Assembly (NCBI GenBank): GCA_964188305.1
Contig: OZ076889.1
Reading direction: 5' to 3' (one strand)
DNA: 64,000 nucleotides
DNA from: Podarcis bocagei
Taxonomy: Eukaryota
Part shown: piece by piece, positions 25,278 through 38,400 of the stretch
Layout of the letters: the number at the start of each line of letters is the position of its first letter
How positions within the stretch are numbered: the stretch's first letter is position 1
The notes under the pieces: model-generated
What the model saw: only the letters and a program-made list of their open reading frames with translations
Told to the model about the DNA's origin: nothing
The model's database searches: none
Made by a program: the position numbers and the translations under genes

Positions 25278-28060
25278 GTACATGCAGAGTAATGTACACA
25301 CAGTAGAGAACTGAGATAGCACCTGCCCCTGGTCTCTTCTGACACCTGCACATTATAGTTCCTGTTCATGTTAGAAACAATTTTAAGTGAGTAAGGATAG
25401 TGCAGCTTGGGCAGTGAGTGTGTAAATATCCTCCCTGTTTACCGCTGCACATGTTGGAACTGGATGGAGCTATGTAAGAAGAAGGTTTGTGGAACAGGAA
25501 ACCAGAAGAGTGGAATAGTCTTGAAATGTCCATTATGGCTTTTTTACCTCAAATGAATGCATTTAAACAGTGGTGGTCAACAAAAGTAAATTATGGGGAC
25601 AGTTGTGACAACATGTAGGATGCTCTCTTTTTTTGATCCATAGAGAAGGATGGAGTCAGGCCATGTTTATTCATCCTTACACGAGCTGTCAGATTTGCAA
25701 CCTTCTGAAATGACTCTGGTGTTCAGTATCTGCAGCCGTTCATGGCTGTTGCAGTTGCTTTAAATGTCACCAGTCTTTTGCAGCTTTTTGCCCCAATGAA
25801 ACAATTTCAGACTGAGCGTTTAGTTAGATTTAGAGATGCCTCCTCCTGCTTCTTTTTACCATTGGCGCTATTATACCTTAGGGTAGAAGACTGCAGAGGG
25901 TTTTGTTGTTGGTGTTATCCTTTACAAAATAGTCTTTGGAATAACTTGTCACTACCTAGTTTTGAAAACTGTTTCTTGCGTCAACTCACTCAGGAAGGTT
26001 TTTCCTCCAGTATGTCTGAGAATTCAATAATGCAGCAGGCTGCTTTTTTTGCATTTTATATTATTACTTTGTGCACATATTCATTGATTATTGTTCATCA
26101 ATGTAAAGAACACTAAATATTGTCAAATGGAACCAAATCTATCTTCTGGTTGCAAAGATTAAAAGCAGATGGGTAGTCTTCCTGCAGCTTTTACAATGGT
26201 GAATAATATATTGCTGATGAGGAACAGAAAACATATGAGACTAAACAGAGGACAGAACTAATGTGTGATTTATTTTTTTTAAAATGGCCTTGCCGATTCC
26301 TTGAAAAACAGATGAAAGAAAAGAACTCCTAACACAGCCTTGCTTCAAATATCCTTTGCTGATTTGGTAATTATGTCTTAGCAGTGTCAGTAGAGTAGCA
26401 TGATGTTTAATAGTGTATATTAAAATGTCTGTAGTATTATCTCAAAAGTTATAACAAGCTAATTTTGACGTTAGCTGGGCAAGTTGATAAGGCCTTTTTA
26501 ATAAAGTGATATAAAGGGGCTTGGGTAATTATTTTTCATTCATGTTTGTCTTTTAAAGAACCGAGCTATCTGTCATAATTTCACAATAGCCAAAGACAGG
26601 GCATCATTAGGAAATGGCTGCAGGATTGGCAGAGTGGGCGACATTATGTAAATACATGTGTACCATCCTCTTATAGGCAGAACACATTTAGCACACAGAT
26701 TGGACTATGCATCTAAATATTATAAAGAATCATAAAATGCAAGTAAAGGAATAGAAATGGGAAGAAGCCCTTATGGATGGTTTTGGGTTGCTGTACTAAA
26801 ATTTGTGGAGAAATGTTTCAGAGCTATCAACCAATTTCAGATCTTTTGATGTTGTTAAATTCTGTTGTTGTTGTTTTAATCAATAAGTTTAAATAAACTT
26901 GTGTATTTCCAAAATGTAAATAGCAGCACCTTTTTTCAGACAGGATATTTTCAGGGGCAGCATGGAGGCTGTGGAAATCCTTGACAGTTGAAATCTGCCA
27001 CCTCACTCCTTGGTTGGTTGGTTGTAGGTGATGACTGAAGACGAGAGCTCGCCTGAGAAATTTTGCTGCCTGTGATAGAGGAATAAATGGCACCCTTTCC
27101 CCTGCTGAGGTGAAGATGTATAGTGCCCACAGCTGGCCGAACTATTTTTGCAAAAAATGGGACACAATATCACGTGTGTCTCTCTCTGCCTTCTTGGCAG
27201 TAAGAATACAAAGATAATAAACCATGGAGCAATTTTCTGCCCTTCCATGATATCCGAAATTAACTAAACGGCAGGGCCAGACTTGCAAAGACCCTTTTGT
27301 TTTAATTTGCTTTGAAAATATAATCGTGGCTCCTAGCTTTGAGATTACTGTTGACTGCTTTAACAAGCTGCATTGGTTTTTTGTTTTGTTTTCCGTTTTA
27401 ACAATCTGGGCTGTTTCAATGCTTGATTTTCTAGCTCGGATTATTATTGATGTGCTTCTGCTTAGATGTTCTTCATTTTGTAAGGTGCTGTCATTGCCTT
27501 CCATTAGGAAAAAAAAAGGGGGATAGGAATAATAAGGTTGCTGGACTTAAGGTGCCACCCCTTCTTCAAAGATAAAACCTCAACTAATTAAGCTGGTGAG
27601 GAGCTGACAGGGATGGCCTGTTCAGTTTCACTGCCTGGAAAAACCATGTAGACTGTCCCGATCCCATAGGGGCAAATGTTTCTCTCACACTGAATCCGTT
27701 GAGTGCATTCGGGCTCCTAAGTTTGATGCGGGTCATGAATGGTGGTCACAGGAAGGATTTCCAAGCGCCTTAGAACTGTGACGTGTCTAACTCCGAACCT
27801 TCCAAATGACTTTTCTCTGCATGTTGCTGCCATCCAAAGAAGCCATCTTGAGAATGAGGCCTTGTTGAAATTTGCAACCCATGCAGTAATTTGCTTTTCT
27901 TTTACATGTCTAGGATGTCACCTATTCATTTCAAGAATCGTTTTACATGTCACTCATAGTTTACACTTATGGAAACTTTATAGGGCTGCAAAGCATACAA
28001 ATTTATCCTATATATATGTTTTGGCTGTTTTTTGTTTGTTTGTTTTTTGTGTGTATATAC

Positions 28061-28092
<32 letters not shown>

Positions 28093-28097
28093 ACACA

Positions 28098-28357
28098 CCG
28101 TATTTTTCGCTCTATAAGACGCACCAGACCACAAGACACACCTAGTTTTTGGAGGAGGAAAACAAGGGGGGGGGGGATTCTGAATCTCAAAAGCCAGAAC
28201 AGCAAGAGGGATAACTGTGCAGTGAAAGCAGCAATCCCTCTTGCTGTTCTGGCTTCTGGGATAGCTGCGCAGCCTGCATTTGTTCCATAAGACGCACACA
28301 CATTTCCCCTTACTTTTTAGGAGGGAAAAAGTGAGTCTTATAGAGCAAAAAATACGG
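28098..28357 (+). mobile_element. Tc1/mariner (pogo/Tigger-like) MITE
   Basis: TIR CCGTATTTTT(C/T)GCTCTATAAGAC; an inverted copy lies at 59077-59333. Confidence 0.85.
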
Positions 28358-28378
28358 TATATACAGTGTGTGTGTGTG

Positions 28379-28381
<3 letters not shown>

Positions 28382-28428
<47 letters not shown>
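28382..28428. repeat. Compound microsatellite (TC)n(TG)n
   Basis: Seen directly. Confidence 0.95.
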
Positions 28429-28638
28429 AGATAGATATCATGTGATACGATACAATATGATATAAAATGCCACAGTTTTAATACTGAAGAGAGGAGATTG
28501 GAAATTTTCTGGGGATTATTATGAAGATCCGTATTGCAACTATTCCATACATACATGTCCTGATTAAGGAAGATCATGTTTGCTTGTTTATGCAGAGGTT
28601 ATAGCTGTTCTCTGTTTCTGCAATAATTCTACAGTGTA

Positions 28639-29531
28639 CAGTGGTGCCTCGCAAGACGAAATTAATTTGTTCCGCAAGTTTTTTCTTCTTGCGAGTTTTT
28701 CGTCTTGCGAAGCACGGTTTCCCATAGGAATGCATTGAAAATCAATTAATGCGTTCCTATGGAAACCGCTTGCCAGGCTGGCGGTGCGGAGAAGGACTTT
28801 TCTCCCCACCGCAAGCCTTCAGGACAGGTACGGGAACAGAGGGGAAGGGGCACAGCGCTTCTCCTCTGTTCCCGGGGCTTGCGGTGGGAGGAGGGTTTTT
28901 CCTCCCCACCGCCAACATTCAGAACAGCATTCTGAATGTTGGCGGTGGGAAGGAAAACCCTCCTCCCACCGCAAGTCTTCAGGACAGCCATCCGAAGGCT
29001 GGCGTGGGGAGAAGGGCTTTCCGCCCCACCGCCAGCCTTCGGAGCAGCCTTCCGAAGGCTGGCGCGGGGAGAAGGGCTTTTCTCCCCACCACCAGCCTTC
29101 GGAGGAGCCTTCCGAAGGCTGGCGCGGGGAGAAGGGCTTTCCGCCCCACCGCCAGCCTTCGGAGGAGCCTTCCGAAGGCTGGCGCGGGGAGAAGGGCTTT
29201 CCGCCCCACCGCCAGCCTTCGGCGGAGCCTTCCGAAGGCTGGCGCGGGGAGAAGGGCTTTCCGCCCCACCGCCAGCCTTCGGAGGAGCCTTCCGAAGGCT
29301 GGCGCGGGGAGAAGGGCTTTCCGCCCCACCGCCAGCCTTCGGAGGAGGCCCGAGGACAGTGGGGAAGAAGCGCTGCGCTTCCCCGCTGTCCCGGAGATTT
29401 CCCTATGGGCTTTCTTCTTGCGAAGGAAGCCCATAGGGAAATTCGTTTTGCGAAGCGCCTCCAAAACGGAAAACCCTTTCGTCTAGCGGGTTTTCCGTCT
29501 TGCGAGGCGTTCGTCTTGCGGGGCACCACTG
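28639..29531 (+). mobile_element. Tc1/mariner (Tigger-like) MITE with an internal 60-bp tandem array
   Basis: TA|CAGTGGTGCCTCGCAAGACG...CGTCTTGCGGGGCACCACTG|TA. Confidence 0.9.
28990..29345. repeat. GC-rich 60-bp minisatellite, ~6 copies, internally palindromic
   Basis: Unit TCCGAAGGCTGGCGCGGGGAGAAGGGCTTTCCGCCCCACCGCCAGCCTTCGGAGGAGCCT repeats in register with the 60-nt lines. Confidence 0.95.
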
Positions 29532-30513
29532 TACCTGAAATCATTAAACATTGATTTTCTGCTCATACCTGAGAGTCTGATTATGTTTTGGGACGGGGAG
29601 CAGTGTTGCTTTGTACTGTAATGTCAAACTCTAGGATCTCATCACAAAAGGAGACCCTTATTCCTCTCACAGAGTTCCAGTTTTCAGAGTGGTTTAATAA
29701 TAAATTCCTCTTTCCAGGGAACTTTGGGAATTGTAGCTCTGTGAGGGAAACAGTCTCAGCACCGTTGACAAACCACAACTCCTGGGATTCTTGGGGGGGG
29801 GGAGCCTTGTTTAAACTGTTTAAACTGGTGTGATACTGCTTTAGAGGTACTGTGCAGACGGGGCCTTAAAGAGCTTTCTCTTCACATCAGATATTGAATT
29901 TATTGCATCTTGCTTTCAAGTGTGTGTGTATGTTTAAATGAAATAAAGTTAGTTGGTGGCAGTTTCAGCAAATCAGGTGCTCTGTAAGAACTTTTGGAAT
30001 TTAGAGTTTCGGTCTTCCTGGACACTTGCTCCCGCTGAATCAGTACAAAACATGATTCATTATCTTTATATTCAAGGCATTTCCTTTCCATGCAATAAAC
30101 ATATGCAACTTTATTGGGTCTGTCTGATGGCACCTCTTTCATTGGAAAATGACACACACAAAAAAGATAATACACATTTGTTCTTCTTGCTTGGGTTGCG
30201 GGAACAAAACCAATAGGAGGAAATTTTATCTCTCACATTATGGAATGTTGATAAGAGAATTGCCATGGCAACCATATCATAAGCTTCATGCGTACTTTGT
30301 TGCTGAGTTCACAGTGTCATTTTTAATTACTCCTATGCAATTAAAAGCAAAAATGAGTAATTTGTGTGAATATGTAATCAATATAATCAGCTATGTTTGC
30401 ACTGAGAGTGAATGTGGGCAATTTATCTAACTAGAATGAGGGCTTCACCCAACTTGGAAATTCCGCTTTTTTAATGTGGATTCTCCTGTTTTTTTTTATT
30501 ATTGTTGTTGCAG

Positions 30514-30596
30514 AACTGTGANNNNNNNNNNNNNNNNNNNNNNNNNNNNNNNNNNNNNNNNNNNNNNNNNNNNNNNNNNNNNNNNNNNNNNNNNNN
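30514..30596 (+). CDS. DPYD: DPYD exon 3; only the first 8 nt are visible and the rest lies in the N-run (end inferred from the 83-bp orthologous exon)
   Basis: A T-rich tract and ttgcag|AAC TGT GA give N-C-E, the residues that follow exon 2 in DPYD (NCEKLENNFDD...), in the correct phase. Ns start at 30522. Confidence 0.8.
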
Positions 30597-30653
30597 NNNN
30601 NNNNNNNNNNNNNNNNNNNNNNNNNNNNNNNNNNNNNNNNNNNNNNNNNNNNN
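30522..30653. other. Assembly gap or masked run (132 N)
   Basis: Run of N. Confidence 1.
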
Positions 30654-32366
30654 CATTATTGGGGGAACAAATGAGTTCATTGCCACCATTCAGCTCTATT
30701 CTCTAAGGTATTAATTTGTCAGCGGAGAGGCTTCCCTTGAGGCTGTACTTTGGTTTTGAAGCTGCACGAATGCTAAGCCTCTCTGCACACTAAAAAACGC
30801 AAATGTTTAATTTGTTACTAAAAATGCTTAAGGGGGTGCCTTGTTTTATATTTATACTAAACTGTGTGAATGAATGAAGATTGTTCATCCAAATTGTGCA
30901 AGTATTAAGGAAATTGTACAGCGATTTCTTTCTTTCTTTATACTTTTTTTTTTTTTTGCTCCTAATTTGTATTTAATTTTCAGGATATAGCAGCCCATGT
31001 AATTTCTTTTCTATTAGACTTTAATGGGATTATACTACTGTATGTGAAAATGAATGACCTCCTCCATTCAAAGAGAGAAAGTGCTTTTCTTGATTTTCCA
31101 CTTTTATGATTGCAGGAGTTCGTACAGCTCTGCTTATTCACTCAGGTCCCAGGACATGGGATGGGACATATTAAAGGTGATGGGAATATTAAGCCAGCAT
31201 TGCAAGGATGTATGGCAAATACACCAGCACAAATACTAAGGCCACTGAAACTATTTTGTGAATGAAAAGCTGATACACACATCCAGGATCTTTTTCCATT
31301 TTGTGTGCTCTGTTTCCACTCACATGGAGAGTGCAACACATTTATTTAGCTCCTTAGACCATTTCTATATAGCTTAATATGTAGGAAATGTCTCTAGGCA
31401 TTGGACAGAAAGCTCAAACAACAGCAGCAACTAATATGACAAAATAATTAGTAGTTATTACACATCTTAGCCTCCTGGCTCTCATGCAGAACTGCACTCA
31501 GGTATTCTGGTTCTCACCTGGGGCACAGATAAACTCATAGATCAATTCCAGAATCTCACAATGAAGAAGAGAGTTCCTGGAACCCTCTTGACATCTCCCA
31601 GGTCTCTCACCATAGACTTGCTTTTGGTTTATGGAGTTTCCTCAGGCTGCTTACGGTTGTGTCCTATTTAGCATTCAGTTTGCTTCATTGCACAGATTCC
31701 AGGTTACAGCTGGTCTGGTGAATTTTTCAGGGTATCCAAAGGATGGCAGAATTATGACACTCCTCCACCCATAATTCTTTCTCTGCCTCTGCACACTTAT
31801 CCTCTTCCCCACTTCTCTTCTCCCAAAACATGGGTCCAGATTTTACATAACGCTAAGCCAAACCATGGCTATCTGAGCATGTGGGTATTCATAACAGAAA
31901 CCCCATCCACTTTGTTCCTCTCCCAGATGTCCTGCTACCATGCTACCTGAAGCTAAGCCATGATTTGGCTCTAATGGTACATTTGAACCTGGGTTTGTGG
32001 TTTGTCTCATTCCAGACAAACCACAAGGTTTGTTATTGTCTTACCACTCCCAGTTTGTCAGGGGAGAAAAACCTTGAGCTTGGTTTTGAATGTACCACTA
32101 AGCCAAACTTAGCCCAGCAGCAGGAGGATTTGAAAAGGTGCCATAATTTAATGCATTCAAGCTAGGGCATTGTTTAGCTTAGCATTACTTGCGAACTGGG
32201 CCATGACTTGTTATGTCCAGGTATAGCCACCATCTCTGTGTTTTTCAGCTGTCATGGTCACTGAAGCGGCTTCCAGTACCTGTATCTCCAGATTACTCAA
32301 ATTGCTTGTTACATTTTGAAGTGTGAAGTGGAACCCAGTTTTTCCCCCTATCCCAGCTTTAAAATA

Positions 32367-32602
32367 CAGTGGTACCTCGGGTTACAGACGCTTCAGGTTA
32401 CAGACGCTTCAGGTTACAGACTCTGTTAACTCAGAAATAGTACCTCGAGTTAAGAACTTTGCTTCAGGATGAGAACAGAAATCACGTGGCAGTGGCGCAG
32501 CGGGAGGCCCCATTAGCTAAAGTGGTACCTCAGCTTAAGAATGGTTTCAGGTTAAGAACGGACCTCCAGAACGAATTAAGTTCTTAACCTGAGGTACCAC
32601 TG
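32367..32602 (+). mobile_element. Tc1/mariner MITE, same family
   Basis: TIRs and TA TSD. Confidence 0.9.
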
Positions 32603-34528
32603 TATCACTTTACCATTCAGATATCAGTTCTTAGTATCACTTTACCATTCAGATATCAGTTCCTACTTTCGTCTTATCACTCCCTTATGGTGCATCCTAA
32701 AGCAGGTTTCTTCACCCTGGAATAAACTATTACAGAAGCTAAGCAGTAAGGGTAGCAGTGGAGGGACAGAAGCCAATGAATGTATATTGTAATGAAAATG
32801 TCCGGTAGTACTGCACTGGCTACTTGCAGGAAAACAAGGGTGTGCATTACCATATCTGGTCAACGTGCATGTGATGAGTCTAATTTTAAAAGACATAAGT
32901 TTGTGCAACTGCATTTTAAGGATGAGAAGGGAAAAAACGAGAAGTGCCAAAATTCTGGTGTGCCCAGAATTTCTTTTCTTAAACCAGAGCTGCTCTGTGG
33001 ACTTGAGGTGGATAGCCAGCAACATCACAGGTTTTGTATAGATGGGAAAGTAGAGAGGGTACCATAGAGACAGCTTCAGTCTTGAAGTGTTAAAATGTTT
33101 ACTTTGATTACTAATATAGCTGCAATAGATTTTAGATCTGGCTTTATCTGATGTTTTAGTTGCTAGTTATAGCACACACGTGCTAGAGCAATGTTCTTCA
33201 ACCTAATTTCCCCAGATGGCGTTGGACTACTAATCCCACATCCCCCCCCCAGCCAGTTTAGTCTATGGCCAGGTATGATCAGAGTTGTAGTCCAATAACA
33301 TATTGCTTCAGTGTGCTCATGTGTTTTGTTTTTTGATCTGATTTTGCAAACACTCCCCAAACGATCAGTGTAGCTTTGAAACAGAGAGCCATATGGTTTC
33401 TAGTTGCAGAATAACTCAAAGGGAATATCTTGTCACAGTATTCCACAATGGCGGTTATCTCCAGGGCTTTAGAAAAGTGATTGCACTGCCTTAAATATAT
33501 TTAAAGTATAAATCAGGACGCCCATAAAAGTCTTGTTTTGAGCTTGATTGCAAGATTGATATTTGATGAAGTAGTCTCCTTTATGCCACCGTTGACACAG
33601 AATGTTTATGTTGAGTTGCTTTCTCAACTTCATACGGGCTTATAAGATTGTATAGGCTTAGGCGGTTCTGTACTTTATATTGTCCAAGATTTCATCTGTA
33701 ATTTCTCATTTTTTTTCCAGTTGGGAATTTTAATTTACTCTGTGAGCTGCAGAGATAAATCGGAGAGCAAGCCTTCCTCCTTAGAGAATACTGTAGTAAA
33801 GGGGGAATATGGGAGTGTGGAGAGATTGTGATTTCCCTTGAACATTCCTTCAATCACCTGTCTCAAATAAACCAAAATTCTTTAATTTTAACTGACCTAA
33901 GGTTACATATTATACATGGTCAGAACTGGCAGTTATAAACTTCTATTGAATTCTGTGGAAATGCCCATTGAAAAGTGTCTCAACTTGCAGACATTTCTTT
34001 TAACAGACTTGTTTTGTTCCAAACAAGCAAGCAAACACACACACACCTCAGCTGCTATATTGTACTGGATACTGGACTCTTCAAAACAAAACACAAGGGG
34101 AGCTAAATCTCTGTTATATTAAGAAATATATTTATAACACTTAGGCTTTTTTTATGTGTGTGCGAGCCCATAAAGTTTAATTGCATGTTACACCTGCTAA
34201 TCATGTTGCTTTATATAGTGCAGCAATGCTTTATGTTACTCGCAGGGCTGCTATTTTTTGCTGCAAGCAAAAGCAGCCTGCTTGTTGTCCATTGATATTA
34301 TTATAATTGCCACCACTAATATTGTTGTAATTAGTAATGAAATTCAAGGCATAGTTTGAGGTGGATGAAATGCCAAATTCTGGAAAACCTGTAAAAAAAT
34401 CTTACTTTGTAGCTTGCAAATCCTTAGCATGCCGAATGGATTTCTCACAAAATATGGATGGAATGTCAGAGCACCAGTTGTGTGTTTTCCCCCTTTAATT
34501 TTTCTTTTTAGGGAAAAAAAACTTTGTA

Positions 34529-34785
34529 CAGTCATACCTCAAGTTGAATGTGCTTCGGGTTGAGCGCATTCGAGTTGCGCTCCATGGCAACCCAGAAGTA
34601 ACAGAGCGCGTTACTTCCGGGTTTTGCTTCTCGCGCATGCGCAGACACTCAAAATGACTTCCGCATGTGCGGAAGCGGCAAAATGCGACCTGTGTACATG
34701 CAGACGTGCCATCGCGTCTTGCGTTCTGTTCGGGATGCAAATGGGGCTCCGGAACGGATCCTGTATGCATTCCGAGGTACTACTG
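34529..34785. mobile_element. Tc1/mariner MITE
   Basis: TA|CAGTCATACCTC...GAGGTACTACTG|TA. Confidence 0.8.
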
Positions 34786-35205
34786 TATATTAGAACTGAT
34801 TGGCAAGCTTTTTCTTAGGGGCTCAAGTCTACTTGCAATGACTTTTTAACCACACCAGAGGTTGCTTCCACATTAAGAACCTTTAGTGCTGCAATGCAAT
34901 TCTTTCCATTATCAATTGGAAGTGGGAATTTAAAATGCTAGTTGTAGATGCTACAGTGCTGCATCATCAAATGCTAACTTTCCCCTTGACCAAATTCCTT
35001 CTGTAATCAATGTCCCCAGCAATATAAATTAGTAGATTCCTACTTCCAGGTTCTGTGACTTCTATTTTATTGAAGTTCAGAACAGTTAAGAGGATTATTG
35101 ATTAACTGCCTTGAATTAGCCATCTTTTGTTCCCTGTACAAACGAGTTGGGGTTGTGAAGGGATCTAGTAGATTCCTTTGTTTCTGTTAAAGAAAAAACA
35201 TGATT

Positions 35206-35528
35206 AAAATATATAAAAGGATGTCACATAGAGGAGGGAGAAAGGTTGTTTTCTGCTGCTCCAGAGAAGCGGACACGGAGCAATGGATCCAAACTACAAG
35301 AAAGAAGATTCCACCTAAACATTAGGAAGAACTTCCTGACAGTAAGAGCTGTTCGACAGTGGAATTTGCTGCCAAGGAGTGTGGTGGAGTCTCCTACTTT
35401 GGAGGTCTTTAAGCAGAGGCTTGACAACCATATGTCAGGAGTGCTCTGATGGTGTTTCCTGCTTGGCAGGGGGTTGGACTCGATGGCCCTTGTGGTCTCT
35501 TCCAACTCTATGATTCTATGATTCTATG
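35206..35528 (+). mobile_element. CR1 LINE 3' fragment, young
   Basis: Encodes ...TRSNGSKLQERRFHLNIRKNFLTVRAVRQWNLLPRSVVESPTLEVFKQRLD; repeated ATTCTATG tail. Confidence 0.92.
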
Positions 35529-36071
35529 AAAATAAGTCATTCATTAATACCTCCCCTTCCCCAGTTCATAGACTAGAAGATGGCTAGCTATGAGGCAGTC
35601 ACTACTAATACCCCAGTTCTGGTGAAGAAGAAGCAATAAAAAGGGGAGAACCCACAGGGAGGAAGCTTTAAATTAAAGGAACAATAACCCGTAAAGCAGG
35701 AATGGGGAGCCTATGACCCTCCAGTTGTTACTGGACTCCATCTCTCATCAGCTCTGGAAACATGACCAGTGATTAAGGATGTGGTCCAACAATATCAGGT
35801 AGGCTACAGGATCTCCATCCTTGCCCTAAAGCTTCAACTTTGCCAGTGTGCACTAGACTGGCTGGGACAGCAGTTACATTTTATTGCCTGCTCCCCCATT
35901 GCTAGAAATCACTTCTGACAAAGCATATCTTTCGTGTGAAGTGGCCCAGGCCAGGGATGGCTCGTTGAGTTGTTCATCATGTACAATAGCCCTCAGTTGT
36001 TGTTACTATGTTAGGGAGCTGTATTAATCCACAAAATACATTAATGATTCCCCACCACCTCCAATGGCGTA

Positions 36072-36303
36072 CAGTGGTACCTCGGGTTACAGATGCTTCA
36101 GGTTACAGATGCTTCAGGTTACAGACTCTGCTAACCCAGAAATAGTACATCGGGTTAAGAAATTTGCTTCAGGGTGAGAACAGAAATTGGTGTGGCAGCA
36201 GTGGGAGGCCCCATTAGCTAAAGTGGTACCTCAGCTTAAGAACAGTTTCAGGTTATGAACGGACCTCCAGAACAAATTAAGTTCTTAACCCGAGGTACCA
36301 CTG
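36072..36303 (+). mobile_element. Tc1/mariner MITE, same family
   Basis: TIRs and TA TSD. Confidence 0.9.
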
Positions 36304-37360
36304 TATAGGCAATTTTGCCTTTTCATTTCTCTTCCAAACCAAAAGTGTGAGAGATTAGATGGCAGGGAAGCCAGTGCAGCGGGAGCACAGCAGAGGGAAC
36401 ACCAGATTGGCCCCATCACTGCATCTCTACTGCTCATATGTCCCCGGTGCCTTGTCCCTCTCCCGCTTGGTTACTGGAAGTGACTTCTGTGTTAGGAAGC
36501 CAGGTACCCAGTGCTGTCCCACACTGCTCCACCCCTTTCCTGGGTGTCTTACGGCTTTTGTAGCCTCCTTGCACCTGGGCACTGGCACTTGGCTCCACGA
36601 TAATGCCTACATAAATTCTCTAGCACGGATGGAGCACGTACTGCTACCAGTCCTAATGTTACTTACTTTATTTTATTTAAGAATGTTTTTGCTCGCACAT
36701 TGTTGAAAGCACTTCACTATATTTATTAAATCTTAGGCATGTAACTTCATAGTAATTTTCCTGTGATTTAAGAACTTAAACTATATTTCCTAATGTGTTC
36801 TAAGATACGTGAAGGAGTTCGCTCTTTGTCAACACCATGCCATTAAAATCCTGTTTCCTTGACTTTTGGCTACTTGAGAAAATCTAAAACAGATTGTTTA
36901 TAAGAAATGTTCTGTGCTAAAGAAATCTTTATTGAAATCAACATTTTAATTTTGCTAGGATTAGCAAAGAGCAATTTTTTAAAGTCAGATATTGAAAATT
37001 AATCTCTTAATTCCGCATTTTAGCCCCTTGTTAAAAGTAGATTTCTTTCCCCACTCCCAGAAAACAACTTATCCTGTACAGATTTTCCTGAGCAAGACTG
37101 ACAAGAAGTGCCAAGTTATGTGGAAAAATGCATGCACTGCTGTATATTGACAAATAGAGGATTATTATTATTTTTAAAAAAATAGTTCTTTTAAAAGGTT
37201 TAGTGTGTGTGTTTAGGTACATTGCTTTCATACAAAAATAATTTCTTTTCCAAGAGCTCATGTTCCATACTAGTAATGACATTTAAGATAGAAGTATTTA
37301 TTCAAATAGTTGATGACCTAACATGTTTTGGTAGAATTGTTATGGGTGTCTATTAGATTA

Positions 37361-37698
37361 AAGGTAAAGGTAAAGGGACCCCTGACCGTTGGGTCCAGTT
37401 GTGGACAACTCTGGAGTTGCGGTGCTCATCTGTCCACAGACAGTTTTTCAGGGTCATGTGGCCAGCATGACTAAGCCACTTTGGTGAACCAGGGCAGTGC
37501 ACGGAAACGCCGTTTGCCTTCCCGCCAGAGCGGTACCTATTTATCTACTTGCACCTTGACATGCTTTCGAACTGCTAGGTTGGCAGGAGCAGGGACCGAG
37601 CAATGAGAGCTCACCCCATCGTGGGGATTTGAACCGCCAACCTTTTAATCAGCAAGCCCTAGGTTCTGTGGTTTAGACCATAGAGCCACCTGTGCCCC
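37361..37698 (-). mobile_element. Sauria SINE
   Basis: Same family; TSD TGTCTATTAGATTA. Confidence 0.92.
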
Positions 37699-38202
37699 TG
37701 TCTATTAGATTAGGGATGGGGAATTTGTGGCTCTCTAGATGCTGTTGGACTCCAGATCCCATCCACCCTAGCCAACATTACCATTGGTCAAGGATGATGG
37801 GAACTACCCAAATGCAAATACTGTCTGTGTTGTGTTATGCTAGGGGTAGCCAACATGGCTACTTTGCACCCCCAAGACAACTTAAGTGGGCAGAAAACTG
37901 ATTCACAAGAAAATTGGTTAGTATCATGGCCAGGTCTAGTCAGCTTCAGATGACCTGAGCACTTCCCCTTGTGATACTATGTGCAACAAAATTGTCGGTA
38001 ACATGGCTTTTTCTTCCTTATCAGATGCATGGAACGTTGAACAGTGTTCAAACAAATACAGGTCATATCTACAATATGTTAAAAATTGTTGTTTTTATGC
38101 CATTTCAGTCATGCTTCTCCTCTTGAACAATTGCAGTGCCCATTAATTACCCATTGATCCTTTCTTGGGAAATACAGAAGTGACTATGGTGTTACGAGCC
38201 TT

Positions 38203-38400
38203 GATTATATCGTGTCTGGACTACTGCCATGTGCTCTGTGTGGGGCTGCCTGTGTTGAGTGTCCAGCAACTGCAACTGGTCCAGAATATGCTAGCTGTGA
38301 CTTCGTTGTTGAAACAGCTGCAGTAGCACCCAGTTCAAAGTGCTGGTGATAGTCTGGCTCCGAACTCTTTAGGGTTTCAAAGCTCATCTGATGGACTGCT
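38203..38400 (+). mobile_element. Decayed L2 fragment
   Basis: CTGGACTACTGCCATGTGCTCTGTGTGGGGCTGCCT translates as LDYCHVLCVGLP. Confidence 0.55.

Noticed and set aside
26213-26240. CTGATGAG...GAAAC hammerhead-like core
   Set aside because: No stem II pairing is possible between the two core motifs.
28990-29345. CRISPR-like array
   Set aside because: The units are contiguous with no unique spacers, and the context is a vertebrate intron.
28749-29554. Long overlapping ORFs (up to 256 aa) on both strands
   Set aside because: They arise from a stop-free 60-bp tandem repeat inside a MITE and show no protein-family motifs.
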